The notes below the pieces were generated by a model. That model searched no databases and was not told where the DNA came from. It worked only from the letters and a program-made list of their open reading frames with translations. From Candidatus Bathyarchaeota archaeon (GTDB lineage: Archaea; Thermoproteota; Bathyarchaeia; Bathyarchaeales; Bathycorpusculaceae): DNA of 45,412 nt. The first letter of the stretch is position 1. Each line of letters opens with the position of its first letter. Of this stretch, positions 9,028 to 19,425 are shown in pieces. The stretch lies in NCBI GenBank assembly GCA_963739305.1, contig CAVTZU010000035.1:1-45412 (forward strand), read 5' to 3'. A program made the translations under genes and the position numbers.

Positions 9028-10021
9028 TCAGTTGGAACGACAAGGATCTAGAACGTTTGATTCGTCAATTGTTGGCGGTGGAGGCGCCTGTGGAATTTCT
9101 TCATGCCTGTCTTCTTTGGCGAGGTGTCCTAGGACTATCGCGGCCACAGCTAGCAGGATGAACACTCCTGCGAGAGGCAGGTACGGTTGGTAGTCGTCCC
9201 ACAAACTCGTCCCTATAGAAGGTGGAACCGTTCCTTCAGTCAACATCGCATAGGGCATACTAGTTGGGAGCTGAACGTTTTGGCTAAATTTGTTATCATA
9301 AAGGTTCGTGAGAGCGTAAATGTCGAGAGTTGAAGGATAAACTACTATAGCTCTTCGAGGAGGTGTAGTACATTAATTCCGGTCCGTTCAGCGTGTTGGG
9401 TGAGTCTGCATGTCCCAGGCCAAGTGCGTGTCCGAATTCATGCATCGCCACATTTTTCACAAATAGCTTAGCGGCGGTTCCGGAGAAGGTGGTTACGTTG
9501 ATAGTAATGGGCGCCATCGGCGTATGTGTGATCGAGTTCCAACTGTAGGTGGTCAGCCCAACCGTGTTTGAAGTTGGAGGCATGTTGTCTGGCGTGAAAG
9601 TGAAGGCAACGTCATAATGGTCCGTGGCGTTGACGTCGCTGACATAAAAAGCATAGTTTATCATGGGCAACGAAGCGTTGTAGGTCTGAGTGTAGTTCCA
9701 GATGCTTTTAACCCAGCTATCCAAGGCCTCCCGCACTGCAACGGCATATTCAGGAACAGTCCACCTGTTCATGTCAACGTACACGTTCAGGGGGAAACTG
9801 GTCCATCGGAATTCCTCAAGCGCAATGACCGGAGACGAATCAGGCGCTGAAAAAGCAACCGTTCGGAAGAGAAGACCGAAATTTAAGGGCGCTACTATCA
9901 GGAAAACAAGTAACAGATGCTTCACCTTGAAGCTAATCCCGCGCTTTTTTCTTATGTTCAAAAGATTCATCATTGACCATGTTTCGAGTCGAGTTCTTAA
10001 ACGTGCTTTTCTAGCAATCAA
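9028..10021 (-). pseudogene. Membrane-anchored matrixin-like (M10, metzincin) zinc metalloprotease with one frameshift near 9350
   Basis: HEFGHALGLGH and Met-turn ELMY; shifted frame continues AIVVYPSTLDIYALTNLY...SMPYAML into ORF 9028..9258 with a C-terminal TM; start probably near 9970. Confidence 0.8.
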
Positions 10022-10098
10022 GATTCACGTTTAAGATTGGTCACCAAGTAACGATAGGTCAATGGGCTCCGATGTTAGAGAAGGATAGAACTTTCATC

Positions 10099-10114
10099 CA
10101 AAAATCTTTTAAAT
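10099..10114 (+). promoter_or_regulatory. BRE/TATA candidate in the divergent intergenic region
   Basis: caaaaatcttttaaat about 50 nt before 10162. Confidence 0.5.
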
Positions 10115-10161
10115 TTGAAACCTGTATCCTACATTGCTGACTTAGTTTAGCAGGGAGAAAG

Positions 10162-11670
10162 GTGAAAATGAAACGCAGTAGATTATACGCTCTATCTCTG
10201 ATCATCATAGGATTGATGTTGACAAGCATAATCAACGTCTTCATTGTCCATGCGCCCGTAGTTCAATGGCAAGGTTACATAAAACCTGCATTTCCCGACT
10301 ATACTCCAAGCGGAATGCCTGATTTTGACGAGAAACAGAATGGTTGGGGACCAGCTCCAGGAACGTACACTTGGTGTGGCCCTGTAGCAGCTGCAAACTC
10401 GCTCTGGTGGCTAGACTCCGAGTACGAGTCAGCTTATAATCCACATCCGACCCCACCTCCAACAATCAGCGACCACTTCAACCTTGTAAAACCTACAACG
10501 CCAGTTGGGATGATCATGATCCAGAAACGTTGATCCATTCGTTCACAACCTTAGCCTTCTTGATGGACACTGATGGTCAAAGAACAGGAGATGGTCATAT
10601 TGGAACGCGTTGGCCAGACCTTGAGAGTGGGATCAAACAATACATTAGTGCAACAGGGTCTAGCAGGATTCTTCGAGGTTCACAACAGCTCTTTTCCAGA
10701 CTTATGCCTGGATCGCCAATGAAACACAGGTATGTCAAGACGTTGAGATCTTCCTGGAGTTCTACCAATTCACCGGTGGTGGTTGGACCAACCTGACGAT
10801 CACGAACCCAAGCATAGAATTTGGACATTTCGTAACCTGTGCAGGCGTGAACGTCACCGACGAGGTGAAGTTTTGATAAGTGACCCGCTACAGGACGCTT
10901 ACGAAGCTGGAAGCGTCCCCAAAGGGCGTTCACCGATTCCTGAACCGTATCCTCATCCATCAATAGCTCACAACGATGCTCAATTTGTCTCGCAGGACGT
11001 TTACTCGGTAGCACCATGGATCATACCGCCACCTTCGCCTTATGGTTTACAACCAGTTTGGGAACTGGTTGGATATCTGCAAACCATGGGATATGATCCA
11101 TCCTACCATGCGTTCATCAGAGCTGCTATAGCCACATCAGCGACTGGCGTTCATGACGTCGCCGTGACCAACGTCAAAACTTCAAAAGATGGGTGCAAGC
11201 CGATGCCTACAGTGGCTGACAATTCGAAGGTCAAAACAAACGTCACCGTCCTCAATAAGGGCAACTTTACAGAAACCTTCAATGTTACGATGTACGCGAA
11301 CACAACTGCGGTAGATACCCAAACGGTAACAAGCTTGGCATCAGGTGCCCAAATCACACTCTTCTACACATGGAACACAACGGGCTGGGCTCACGGCAAC
11401 TACACTATAACCGCGTATGCAGCTCCAGTTCCAGGCGAGACAAATACAACTGATAACACCTACACGGATGGCGTCATAAAAGTCGTCATAGCAGGAGACA
11501 TCAACGGAGATGGAGGCGTCGACATATACGATGCCATAATGCTTGCTGGGGCATACAACTCTGTCCCAGGCGCGCCAAACTGGAACCCGAATTCAGACTT
11601 GAACTCAGACGGAATAGTCGACATATACGACGCCATAATATTAGCGGGTCACTACAGCCAGCACGAGTAG
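10162..11670 (+). pseudogene. Secreted papain-like (C39-like) cysteine peptidase + CARDB/Ig + dockerin-like domain, broken by at least 4 frame changes (10490-10865)
   Basis: Signal peptide; WCGPVAAAN (Cys 10375), GHFVTCAG (His 10826, other frame), ISDP (Asp 10882); HDVAVTNV..WNT..DN CARDB; duplicated GDINGDGGVDIYD / DLNSDGIVDIYD. Confidence 0.75.
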
Positions 11671-11683
11671 AACAATCCTCCCC

Positions 11684-11693
11684 TTTCTTTTTT
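11684..11693 (+). terminator. Oligo-T terminator candidate
   Basis: T-rich tract 13 nt after stop 11670. Confidence 0.5.
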
Positions 11694-11737
11694 CGCGATC
11701 AGGCAAACGATTGCGTTCTGTCACGCGAGACGCTAGG

Positions 11738-11811
11738 TGCGGTCGCCGGGATTTGAACCCGGGTCGTCGGCGTGGGAGGCCGATGTCCTAGCCAGGCTAG
11801 ACTACGACCGC
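11738..11811 (-). tRNA. tRNA-Gly (CCC), intronless, CCA not fully encoded
   Basis: Reverse complement GCGGTCG...TCGGC-CT-CCC-AC-GCCGA...GGTTCAAATCC...CGACCGC-A folds as a cloverleaf. Confidence 0.95.
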
Positions 11812-11897
11812 CTGTCCACAGAAACTAGGCAGAGACAATTTGACTTGTTAGACTTTTATCCCTTGCTCTGGGACCTTGAGAGCAAGGAAAGAGGCTA

Positions 11898-13448
11898 CTA
11901 ATGCTCTTCGATAATTTGCGCTTTGGTTTTCTTAGGCGTTTGACCACGCGTTGACAGGTATGAAGCAGTTACTAGGAAGGCTGCGGTCAACGCTGCGAAG
12001 ACATAGGCAAGGTTGCGTAGGTTCTGTGTCGTTTCAGCCTGGCTGCTCAGGCTATTTTGGAGAGATGAATTAAGGTTAAGGTAACTGTTTTGAAGCTGAG
12101 TGAAGTTTTGTAGCAAGAGAGTATAGCTGTTCAGAAGGGCCTGCAAAGTTGTATTCTGACTGATTAGAAGATTTTGGTAAGTAGCGTTCAAGCTGTCAAA
12201 GTCGGCCTGAAGCTTATTGTACTTGTCGAGCAAGGAATTGTATGCCTGAAAATCATTTGAGGAAAAAACTGTTACGGTCTGATTCTCATTGGAGTAAGTG
12301 AAGTAGAGATAAGCATTTGTCTGGTTCGATGCACTTAGCAAGTTCCCTTGTGCTTGTCCTTCATTGGTTATTATGGTAAACGGATAGTTGATTATTGAAG
12401 TTGGAATTGCCATTCTGCAAAAACCTGTTTGGCCAGTTTGCCCATTAGCGTTGAACGTGATCATTTTGTTGCCCGTTTCTCTTCCAGTTTCGTAACTGAA
12501 GCTGGAAATCGTGGAGTTGCTTACGATATCAACAAAGTACGTTGCATTCGTGGTCACCGTGAACTCTGAGAAGATCCCCATCAGAGGATATTCGTCAAAG
12601 TTGTTCGTATCTACAAGATAAGTGTCGTCTCCGATTCCATCATTGTTGGCATCAGTTCCTGCGTAGCTTATCCAAAAGTTTCCTTCACCGTTCTTGCTCC
12701 AGATGTTCTGCGCGTTCGGTGATTGGTCCGTGCTGACAATGTCTTCAAAATTGTTGTGGAAGAAAATGTTCTGGCGTGAGCCAGCGGCCAGAGACATTCC
12801 TTGTTCATTGTTTGAAAGCGTATTTGCAACGAACACATTGCTGCTGGACGTGTAGACCAATATTCCAATCGAGTTGCCATAGACAGCATTCTTCGAAAAG
12901 AAGTTCCGCCCTGAATAGTAACAAGTGATTCCTACGACAGTGTTGTTGGTGATTATGTTGTTTGAGAAAATACTGTTGGTGCAAAATCGCATACCGATTC
13001 CAGTTGCTGTGCCCGTGATTATTACTTGGATTACGGAGACCCCCGCGGCGTTTTCGACACTTATTCCAAGGTCATCCGGTCCATGAACGCTCTTCGTGAC
13101 TGTCAAGTCTTGAACGGTCACGTTGTCGCTGGTTATCGAAATGACGATTTGAGCGTTAGATCCGTCAATAATAGTTGTGTTTCTGTCTTCGCCGACAAGC
13201 GCAATGCTCTTGTTTAAGATGAGATTCTCTTGATATGTGCCTGGTGCCAAGACTACGGTGTCTCCTGATGTTGCGTTATTCACTGCCGCCTGAATTGATG
13301 TGAAGTTAAGCGGAACGCGTATGATCTGGGGGTCTCGGGTTGCAGATGCCTCAAGCTTGACGGGAAGCATGCCCCCGTTGGAGGCGAAAACATAGAACAA
13401 AGACAAGCTGACCAAAAGGATCCAAGCATGTTTTTTCATTTCGATCAC
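11898..13448 (-). CDS. Cell-surface parallel beta-helix (NosD/pectin-lyase-like) protein with coiled-coil stalk and C-terminal TM anchor
   Basis: Signal peptide, SIQAAVN.A..GDTV...PGTY.E, Asn-rich repeats, GNFW..Y.G.D.N.DGIGD, heptad region, TM plus basic tail. Confidence 0.85.
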   Translation of the reverse strand: MIEMKKHAWILLVSLSLFYVFASNGGMLPVKLEASATRDPQIIRVPLNFTSIQAAVNNATSGDTVVLAPGTYQENLILNKSIALVGEDRNTTIIDGSNAQIVISITSDNVTVQDLTVTKSVHGPDDLGISVENAAGVSVIQVIITGTATGIGMRFCTNSIFSNNIITNNTVVGITCYYSGRNFFSKNAVYGNSIGILVYTSSSNVFVANTLSNNEQGMSLAAGSRQNIFFHNNFEDIVSTDQSPNAQNIWSKNGEGNFWISYAGTDANNDGIGDDTYLVDTNNFDEYPLMGIFSEFTVTTNATYFVDIVSNSTISSFSYETGRETGNKMITFNANGQTGQTGFCRMAIPTSIINYPFTIITNEGQAQGNLLSASNQTNAYLYFTYSNENQTVTVFSSNDFQAYNSLLDKYNKLQADFDSLNATYQNLLISQNTTLQALLNSYTLLLQNFTQLQNSYLNLNSSLQNSLSSQAETTQNLRNLAYVFAALTAAFLVTASYLSTRGQTPKKTKAQIIEEH

Positions 13449-13497
13449 GTTTCCTTTTTTACATATTAAGTTTAAAGAACCGACTTTGTCTGTCTCA

Positions 13498-14097
13498 TCA
13501 TCTTTGGCCGAGAGTTTTCCCGAGCATCAGTGAGCATAGGACCGAGACGAACAATCCTGAAGCAAACACTATCGGACTGATCGTTGGTTGCAGAAGAGCC
13601 ATCAAAACCACGACGTACGATATGACTGCAAGCGCTCCAAGGGCAATGGCTTTGAAGTAGTTCGTCCTTGCTTTTTCTTGGTATGTCAAAGCGGAGTGAA
13701 GCTGATCCTGCATCTGTTTCAGTTGCTGGTCTGTGGCTAAAATCACGAGGTTCTTGTCGCTATCTTGAAACTTGAAGCTGGAAAGCGCGTATCTCTGGAG
13801 TTGCCAAGGGTTCTTTTTCGGTAAGATCTTAACAATGTTCGCTCTTTCCATCTTCTTCAGAATCGTTTGGACCTTACGGACAAACTGCAGGTCATTGGTT
13901 TTCTCTTCTCCCCACAGTTTCCTTATTAGATCTTTGACGTCCGGGAACATCAAATCCAGTTGAAAAGATGCGATTGCATTGACGAGGTTGAATTGGTATT
14001 CGCCTTCTCGAAGGCGTATGGTGCCGTTGAGGTGCTCCGCCTTCGAAGCTTCCTGAAGAAACTTGACTTCGCTCGGCGACAGTCGACGTTGAGACAA
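13498..14097 (-). CDS. Hypothetical protein: putative winged-helix-like N-domain with two C-terminal TM helices
   Basis: VRKVQTILKKMERANIV helix-wing pattern; hydrophobic C-terminus; TTG start. Confidence 0.65.
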   Translation of the reverse strand: MSQRRLSPSEVKFLQEASKAEHLNGTIRLREGEYQFNLVNAIASFQLDLMFPDVKDLIRKLWGEEKTNDLQFVRKVQTILKKMERANIVKILPKKNPWQLQRYALSSFKFQDSDKNLVILATDQQLKQMQDQLHSALTYQEKARTNYFKAIALGALAVISYVVVLMALLQPTISPIVFASGLFVSVLCSLMLGKTLGQR

Positions 14098-14249
14098 CGT
14101 GTTTCCCCTAATTCAATAGTGTCAACTGACCAAATAATAAACCTGTCGCGTAACCCGACCATGCAATTCAACTCTTTCAACTGACATGTTTCCATTTTCA
14201 ACCGAGTCTACAGAAAAACGGCTTAAGTCCTTCATAGACGCCTATGTAA

Positions 14250-14654
14250 TTGAAGGGCTTAAGTATGGAGAAGTACATTGTTGATAGAACCTTATCCTAC
14301 ATCCCCCTGCAAAAAAGATATCGGCTCTGTGGTTTTGCTTTGGGAAAGAAATATCGCAGTCATTTTGAGATCATAGCCCTTATGGTTGAAGCCGTCAGAG
14401 ATGCGGGACAACCCAAATTCTCCATAATGCAGCATGCAAGCATCAACTGTGGGCAGGCTGATAAGTTTCTGAGTTCTCTCATCTCGATGGGATTCATCGA
14501 GCAGTACATCATGAGTGGAAGACCAATGTATAGGGCGAGCGAGAGGGGCTTGGCCTTTTTGAGACAGTACTACGTTCTTCTCGGCATGTTCTTGGTTTCG
14601 GAGGATGAAGCAAGACAACCTGCCATTATTCATCAGAACAGTCTAAGACAATAA
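14250..14654 (+). CDS. Archaeal winged-helix transcription regulator (start uncertain, perhaps TTG 14340)
   Basis: YRSHFEII..M.E......KFSIMQHASIN......FLSSL...GFIE......Y..SERG..FL..Y. Confidence 0.8.
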   Translation: MKGLSMEKYIVDRTLSYIPLQKRYRLCGFALGKKYRSHFEIIALMVEAVRDAGQPKFSIMQHASINCGQADKFLSSLISMGFIEQYIMSGRPMYRASERGLAFLRQYYVLLGMFLVSEDEARQPAIIHQNSLRQ

Positions 14655-14816
14655 CGGTACGGTTTAGGATCAACCAAGACGACGTCTCAATCTTCATTTA
14701 GTTAGAGTGCTGTGTATCTCAACTCGTGCTTTGTTGTGTCACTTTTCATTATTCGAATCTGTGCTCGAATACCACCACTATTTTATAAGTAAAAAATCTG
14801 CTATGCTTGGAATGAG

Positions 14817-15902
14817 ATGGAGCAATTGACACGAAAGCTCACTTACGCTGAATCAGGCGTCGACAGGGAGCTGAGAGCTGAATCCAAGAGGGCGCTGGGC
14901 ATGCTGAAGGGCACCTACAGATACAGCAAATACGGGAAACTAGTTGAACTTCCCTACGGCAGAGTTTTCCCATTCCTTGATCGCTACTTGGATCTGCAGA
15001 TCGAAGGAGTCGGCACGAAAGTTCTGGTTGCTCAAATCATGGAAAAGTACGACACAATAGGAATTGATGCGATTGCGATGGTAGTCAACGACGTAATACG
15101 CTCGGGTGCAACTCCACTTGCCGTGGCGGACAACATCCATGCACAGGTGTCTGATCCCTTCCTAGTAAAGGAGTGGATGAAAGGGGTCATCAGAGGTGCC
15201 GAAGAATCTGAATGCATGATTCCTGCAGGCGAAATAGGAGACGTCGCCGACTTGATCAGTGGTTCACGTTCCCGCAAAGGATTCGACCTAGTGTGCGCCG
15301 CGATAGGCGAAGTCACTGAAGAAAAACTAGTTTCTGGCAGAAAAATCAAGTCAGGAGATTCGATAATAGGCATGAGAAGTTCCGGGATTCACAGTAACGG
15401 TGTCTCGTTAGCGAGGAAAGTGCTCTTTAAAGAATGGGGAGGGAAATATTCGCCTAACGCTTCTCCTGAGAGTCTCGGCAGAGAAGTCGGTTCCGAAGTC
15501 CTTGAACCAACAAGGATATACGTCAAACCCTTCCTTCGAGTGGCAGAAAAACTTGAGATCAAGGGCGCAGTCCACATCACCGGCGATGCGTACCTCAAAT
15601 TCAAAAGTCTGACAAAATTCTCGCGAAGAATCGGCTTCGAATTCAACAACTTCAAACCTCAGCCGATCTTCAGACTGATCCAGCGAACTGCAGCAAAAAT
15701 CAGTACTGCCATAACCGATGAAGAGATGTTCAAGACCTTCAACATGGGGTGGGGGTTCGCAATAATCGTTGACAAAAGCGTAAGGGACGACGCCTTAGAT
15801 ATTTTGGAGCAGGCTGGAATGGAGTCCGAACAAATTGGCAATGTGAACAGTTCGGAAGGAGTCAAAATTGTCAGTGAAGGCAAGAGCATCATCCTCGACT
15901 AG
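14817..15902 (+). CDS. purM: Phosphoribosylformylglycinamidine cyclo-ligase (AIR synthetase)
   Basis: TYAESGVD, EGVGTK, SSGIHSNG, EPTRIY, HITG, EM.KTFNMG.G. Confidence 0.93.
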   Translation: MEQLTRKLTYAESGVDRELRAESKRALGMLKGTYRYSKYGKLVELPYGRVFPFLDRYLDLQIEGVGTKVLVAQIMEKYDTIGIDAIAMVVNDVIRSGATPLAVADNIHAQVSDPFLVKEWMKGVIRGAEESECMIPAGEIGDVADLISGSRSRKGFDLVCAAIGEVTEEKLVSGRKIKSGDSIIGMRSSGIHSNGVSLARKVLFKEWGGKYSPNASPESLGREVGSEVLEPTRIYVKPFLRVAEKLEIKGAVHITGDAYLKFKSLTKFSRRIGFEFNNFKPQPIFRLIQRTAAKISTAITDEEMFKTFNMGWGFAIIVDKSVRDDALDILEQAGMESEQIGNVNSSEGVKIVSEGKSIILD

Positions 15903-15920
15903 TTCTTTGCATCAAGAGCG

Positions 15921-15937
15921 GCAAAAGCGTTTAAATT
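15921..15937 (+). promoter_or_regulatory. BRE/TATA promoter for a probably leaderless purSLQ mRNA
   Basis: gcaaaagcgtttaaat ending about 24 nt before ATG 15960. Confidence 0.6.
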
Positions 15938-15959
15938 TGCTCATCCTCAAGTCTATTCT

Positions 15960-16211
15960 ATGAAATATCGCCTAACAATTGAAGTTACTCTTAAGCCGGG
16001 ACACAGCGACCCCGAGGGCGAAACCGCCGCTGAACTGTTGAAACAGCTCGGCTACAGAATTGAAACTGTCAACGTTGGCAAAGTCTACTCAGTTGTTCTT
16101 CAAGCCACAACGAAGACTGAGGCAAAAACAAAGGCAGAAGAAATGTGTAGGAGACTGCTGGCCAATCCAACAAAGGACAACTACTCTATCGCCATCGAGG
16201 AAACAAAATGA
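15960..16211 (+). CDS. purS: FGAM synthase subunit PurS
   Basis: LKPGHSDPEGE, GK.Y, MC.RLLANP. Confidence 0.93.
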   Translation: MKYRLTIEVTLKPGHSDPEGETAAELLKQLGYRIETVNVGKVYSVVLQATTKTEAKTKAEEMCRRLLANPTKDNYSIAIEETK

Positions 16212-18589
16212 CGTCGCGCGTCTTCGCACTCAGAAAAGTTCCATTCACGCTTTTCGAAGTCAAACTTAACGCGGCCTCAGACAAACAGCTCGTCGAAATC
16301 AGCAACGAGCTCGGAATCGGCCTAAATCTTAAAGAAATGAAATTCATTAGAGGATACTTCTCAAAGAAAGGTCGAAATCCAACCGACGTCGAACTGCAGA
16401 CCATAGGTCAAACATGGTCTGAGCACTGCTGCCACAAGACTTTCAAAGGCAAAATCAAATTCGACGGAAAGGAGATTGACAGCCTTTTCAGAACCTACAT
16501 TTCGAGCACGCTCGGAAGAGTGAAGCCAAAGTGGTGTTTCTCTGTTTTTGAAGACAACGCCGGAATCGTCGAGTTCGACAAGAATTATGGTATAGCAATC
16601 AAGGTTGAAACGCACAATCATCCATCCGCAGTTGAGCCGTTCGGGGGAGCAGCAACTGGAACAGGCGGCGTAATCCGCGACATACTTGGAGTTTGGGCAG
16701 ACCCGATCGCATGCACGGATGTACTGGGATTTGGACCGCAAGACTTTGACTACAAGAAACTACCGCCAGGCGTGAAGCATCCTAAGTACGTTTACATGGG
16801 AGTCGTGGCTGGCATCGGGAGTTACGGGAACAACATGGGAATTCCAACGGTCAACGGCGCCGTCTACTTTGACGAGAGCTACACAGGCAATGTCATAGTC
16901 TATTGCGGCTGCATCGGGCTACTCCCTCTCAGCAAATTCAGGAAAAACGCTCAACCAAATGATGCGTTAGTCATGGCTGGTGGGAAGACCGGTCGCGATG
17001 GCATACATGGCGTAACCTTCGCATCTGCTGAATTGACGGAGAAGTCGGAGGAAATCTCTCGTCCCTCTGTTCAGATTGCCAATCCAATTGAGGAAGAGAA
17101 ACTCAAGAGGGCGTTAATCAAGATACGAGACCTAGGCCTGGGGTCTTCGACAACAGATTTAGGCGGCGGAGGGCTCTCCTCCGCGGTTGGCGAGACCGCA
17201 AGCAAGTTCAACTGTGGCGCCCTGGTGGATCTCGACAAGGTTCCGTTGAAATATCCAGGGCTTGTTCCTTGGGAGATCTACGTTTCAGAATCGCAGGAAA
17301 GGATGCTGCTGACCGTGCCTCCTGGAAATCTAGCGAGGGTATTCTCGATTTTCGAAGAAGAAGATGTTCAAGCAACTGAGATAGGACAACTGACATCTGA
17401 TGGCGTTCTTAGACTCAGTTTTCGGGGTCAAGAAGTCGCCTCGATGGAAATAGCGTTTCTTTTTGGAGCGCCGAGAACGACCAAGACCGCAACTTACAAG
17501 CCTCCTGACCTGAAGGAACCGAATGTTCCACCACCAGAAAACCTGTCAGAGGAGCTTCAAAAAATCCTTTCTTCGCCCGACGTTGCAAGCAAAGAGAGCG
17601 TAGTGCGCACCTACGACCACGAGGTTAAAGGGAACACAGTGCTCAAACCATTACAGGGAGAGTACCGAGGTCCAAATGACGCGGCAGTTCTGAAACCGTT
17701 GAACGATTCTTGGAACGGAATCGCAGTTTCATGTGGTATGAGCCCGAACTACGGGAGAATAGACCCTTACTGGATGGCTGCCTCCTGCATAGACGAAGCA
17801 ATAAGAAACAACGTCGCAGTTGGAGGCAGACGGATCGCGCTTCTCGACAACTTCACTTGGGGAAATCCTGAACGACCCGAAAGACTCGGAAGCCTAGTGA
17901 AGGCATGTCAGGCTTGCTACGACGTGGCGATTGCTTATGGAACGCCGTTCATATCAGGAAAAGATAGCCTCTACAACGAGTCCCCCTTGGGACCTGTGAC
18001 TCCGACGCTTCTGGTAACAGCGTTAGGCATAGTTCCCGACGTTCGCTCTACGGTTTCAATGGACGTAAAAGCTCCAGATGAATCGATCTACGTCGTAGGA
18101 GGAACTCACCAAGAACTGGGCGGCTCAGAATACTACAGATTGAAGGGTTTTCTCGGAAAATCCGTTCCTCAAGTGCGAAAGACTGAAGGCAAGAAAACGT
18201 TCGAAGCCGTCACTAACGCAATTGATTCTAAGTTGATCAGAGCCTGTCACGACTTGTCGGGAGGTGGCTTAGCCGTCGCCGCGTCCGAAATGGCATTCAC
18301 TGGAGGATTTGGAATTGACCTCGACCTCGGAAGAGTGCCTAGGGATACATTGAACCGTGACGATTGTGTACTCTTCTCAGAATCAAACACGCGTTTTCTC
18401 ATAGAGGTTTCTGAAGAGAACAAAACGCGATTCGAGTCTCTGATGCGGCGCACATGCTTCGCAGAAGTGGGCAAAACCAGGGCAACTTCACGGTTTCGCG
18501 TCAAAGGGTTAAACAAAAGAGTTGTGGTCGACGTTTCGCTTGACGATCTGATGTCAAGCTGGAAGCGAACGCTGAGCCACGAGGCTTGA
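16208..18589 (+). CDS. purL: FGAM synthase subunit PurL
   Basis: WSEHC.HK, KVETHNHPS, GGAATG.GG.IRD, SESQERM, GKDSLYN; ATGA overlap with purS. Confidence 0.97.
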   Translation: MTSRVFALRKVPFTLFEVKLNAASDKQLVEISNELGIGLNLKEMKFIRGYFSKKGRNPTDVELQTIGQTWSEHCCHKTFKGKIKFDGKEIDSLFRTYISSTLGRVKPKWCFSVFEDNAGIVEFDKNYGIAIKVETHNHPSAVEPFGGAATGTGGVIRDILGVWADPIACTDVLGFGPQDFDYKKLPPGVKHPKYVYMGVVAGIGSYGNNMGIPTVNGAVYFDESYTGNVIVYCGCIGLLPLSKFRKNAQPNDALVMAGGKTGRDGIHGVTFASAELTEKSEEISRPSVQIANPIEEEKLKRALIKIRDLGLGSSTTDLGGGGLSSAVGETASKFNCGALVDLDKVPLKYPGLVPWEIYVSESQERMLLTVPPGNLARVFSIFEEEDVQATEIGQLTSDGVLRLSFRGQEVASMEIAFLFGAPRTTKTATYKPPDLKEPNVPPPENLSEELQKILSSPDVASKESVVRTYDHEVKGNTVLKPLQGEYRGPNDAAVLKPLNDSWNGIAVSCGMSPNYGRIDPYWMAASCIDEAIRNNVAVGGRRIALLDNFTWGNPERPERLGSLVKACQACYDVAIAYGTPFISGKDSLYNESPLGPVTPTLLVTALGIVPDVRSTVSMDVKAPDESIYVVGGTHQELGGSEYYRLKGFLGKSVPQVRKTEGKKTFEAVTNAIDSKLIRACHDLSGGGLAVAASEMAFTGGFGIDLDLGRVPRDTLNRDDCVLFSESNTRFLIEVSEENKTRFESLMRRTCFAEVGKTRATSRFRVKGLNKRVVVDVSLDDLMSSWKRTLSHEA

Positions 18590-18592
18590 ACA

Positions 18593-19411
18593 ATGAAGCG
18601 TGAAGAAATCCAAGTTTGCGTTCTGCGCGTTGGCGGGACGAACTGCGATGCTGAGACAAAACGTTCCTTCGAGGAACTTGGCGTCCACGCTGAGATTGTT
18701 CATGCGAACGTTATGGCCACGCGACAAAGCATGCTAGAGTACAACGCTTTGGTCTTTCCAGGAGGATTCTCATATGGAGACTACGTCCGCGCAGGGGCAA
18801 TATGGGCAAAATTGATAGTTGCGAAACTAGGAAAAGAACTGCAGACTTTCGCAGACGAAGGACGTCCAATTCTGGGCATTTGCAACGGGTTCCAAGTACT
18901 AGTTGAAGCGGGGCTGTTACCGGCTTTCAACGGTGTCAGCTCTTATCCCGAGGCAGCGCTAGCCACCAACAGTCCGCCAGGCTACAACTGCAGGTGGATC
19001 AATCTCAAGCACGAAAACGGCGGGAGATGCGTTTTCACCCAGACGATTCGAAAAGGAAAAGTCCTTCGGGTGCCAGTCGCACACGGAGAAGGCAGGTTCA
19101 TCTTCGAGAAAGAAAAGGAAAGACGATATTTAGAGAAGCTTTGTGAGAATGATCAGTTAGTCTTTCGGTACTGCAAGAAAGATGGTCAGTACGCGGACGG
19201 TGCTTTTCCAGCAAATCCAAACGGATCATTCTATGACATAGCCGGTATATGCAACCCCGAAGGAACGGTGTTCGGGCTGATGCCTCATCCTGAGAGAGCC
19301 TTCTACTGGTGGCAACAACCTGACTGGACCAGGCAAGGAAAAGTGCCTGAATTTGGAGATGGAAAAATGATTTTCGAAAGTCTAGTCAGATATCTCGAAA
19401 AGAAGAATTAA
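18593..19411 (+). CDS. purQ: FGAM synthase glutaminase subunit PurQ
   Basis: GTNCD.ET, PGGFSYGD, GICNGFQ, AHGEG, NPNGS, MPHPER. Confidence 0.96.
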   Translation: MKREEIQVCVLRVGGTNCDAETKRSFEELGVHAEIVHANVMATRQSMLEYNALVFPGGFSYGDYVRAGAIWAKLIVAKLGKELQTFADEGRPILGICNGFQVLVEAGLLPAFNGVSSYPEAALATNSPPGYNCRWINLKHENGGRCVFTQTIRKGKVLRVPVAHGEGRFIFEKEKERRYLEKLCENDQLVFRYCKKDGQYADGAFPANPNGSFYDIAGICNPEGTVFGLMPHPERAFYWWQQPDWTRQGKVPEFGDGKMIFESLVRYLEKKN

Positions 19412-19425
19412 GCAGCCTAAGTTTT

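Noticed and set aside
10480-10870. Programmed frameshifting or DGR-type diversification of the peptidase
   Set aside because: Several mixed indels without slippery heptamers, template repeat or reverse transcriptase; error or decay is simpler
11700-11830. tRNA-Gly as an integration site for the accessory 1-11.7 kb region
   Set aside because: No integrase and no duplicated tRNA 3' end seen in the window; cannot be excluded beyond the left edge
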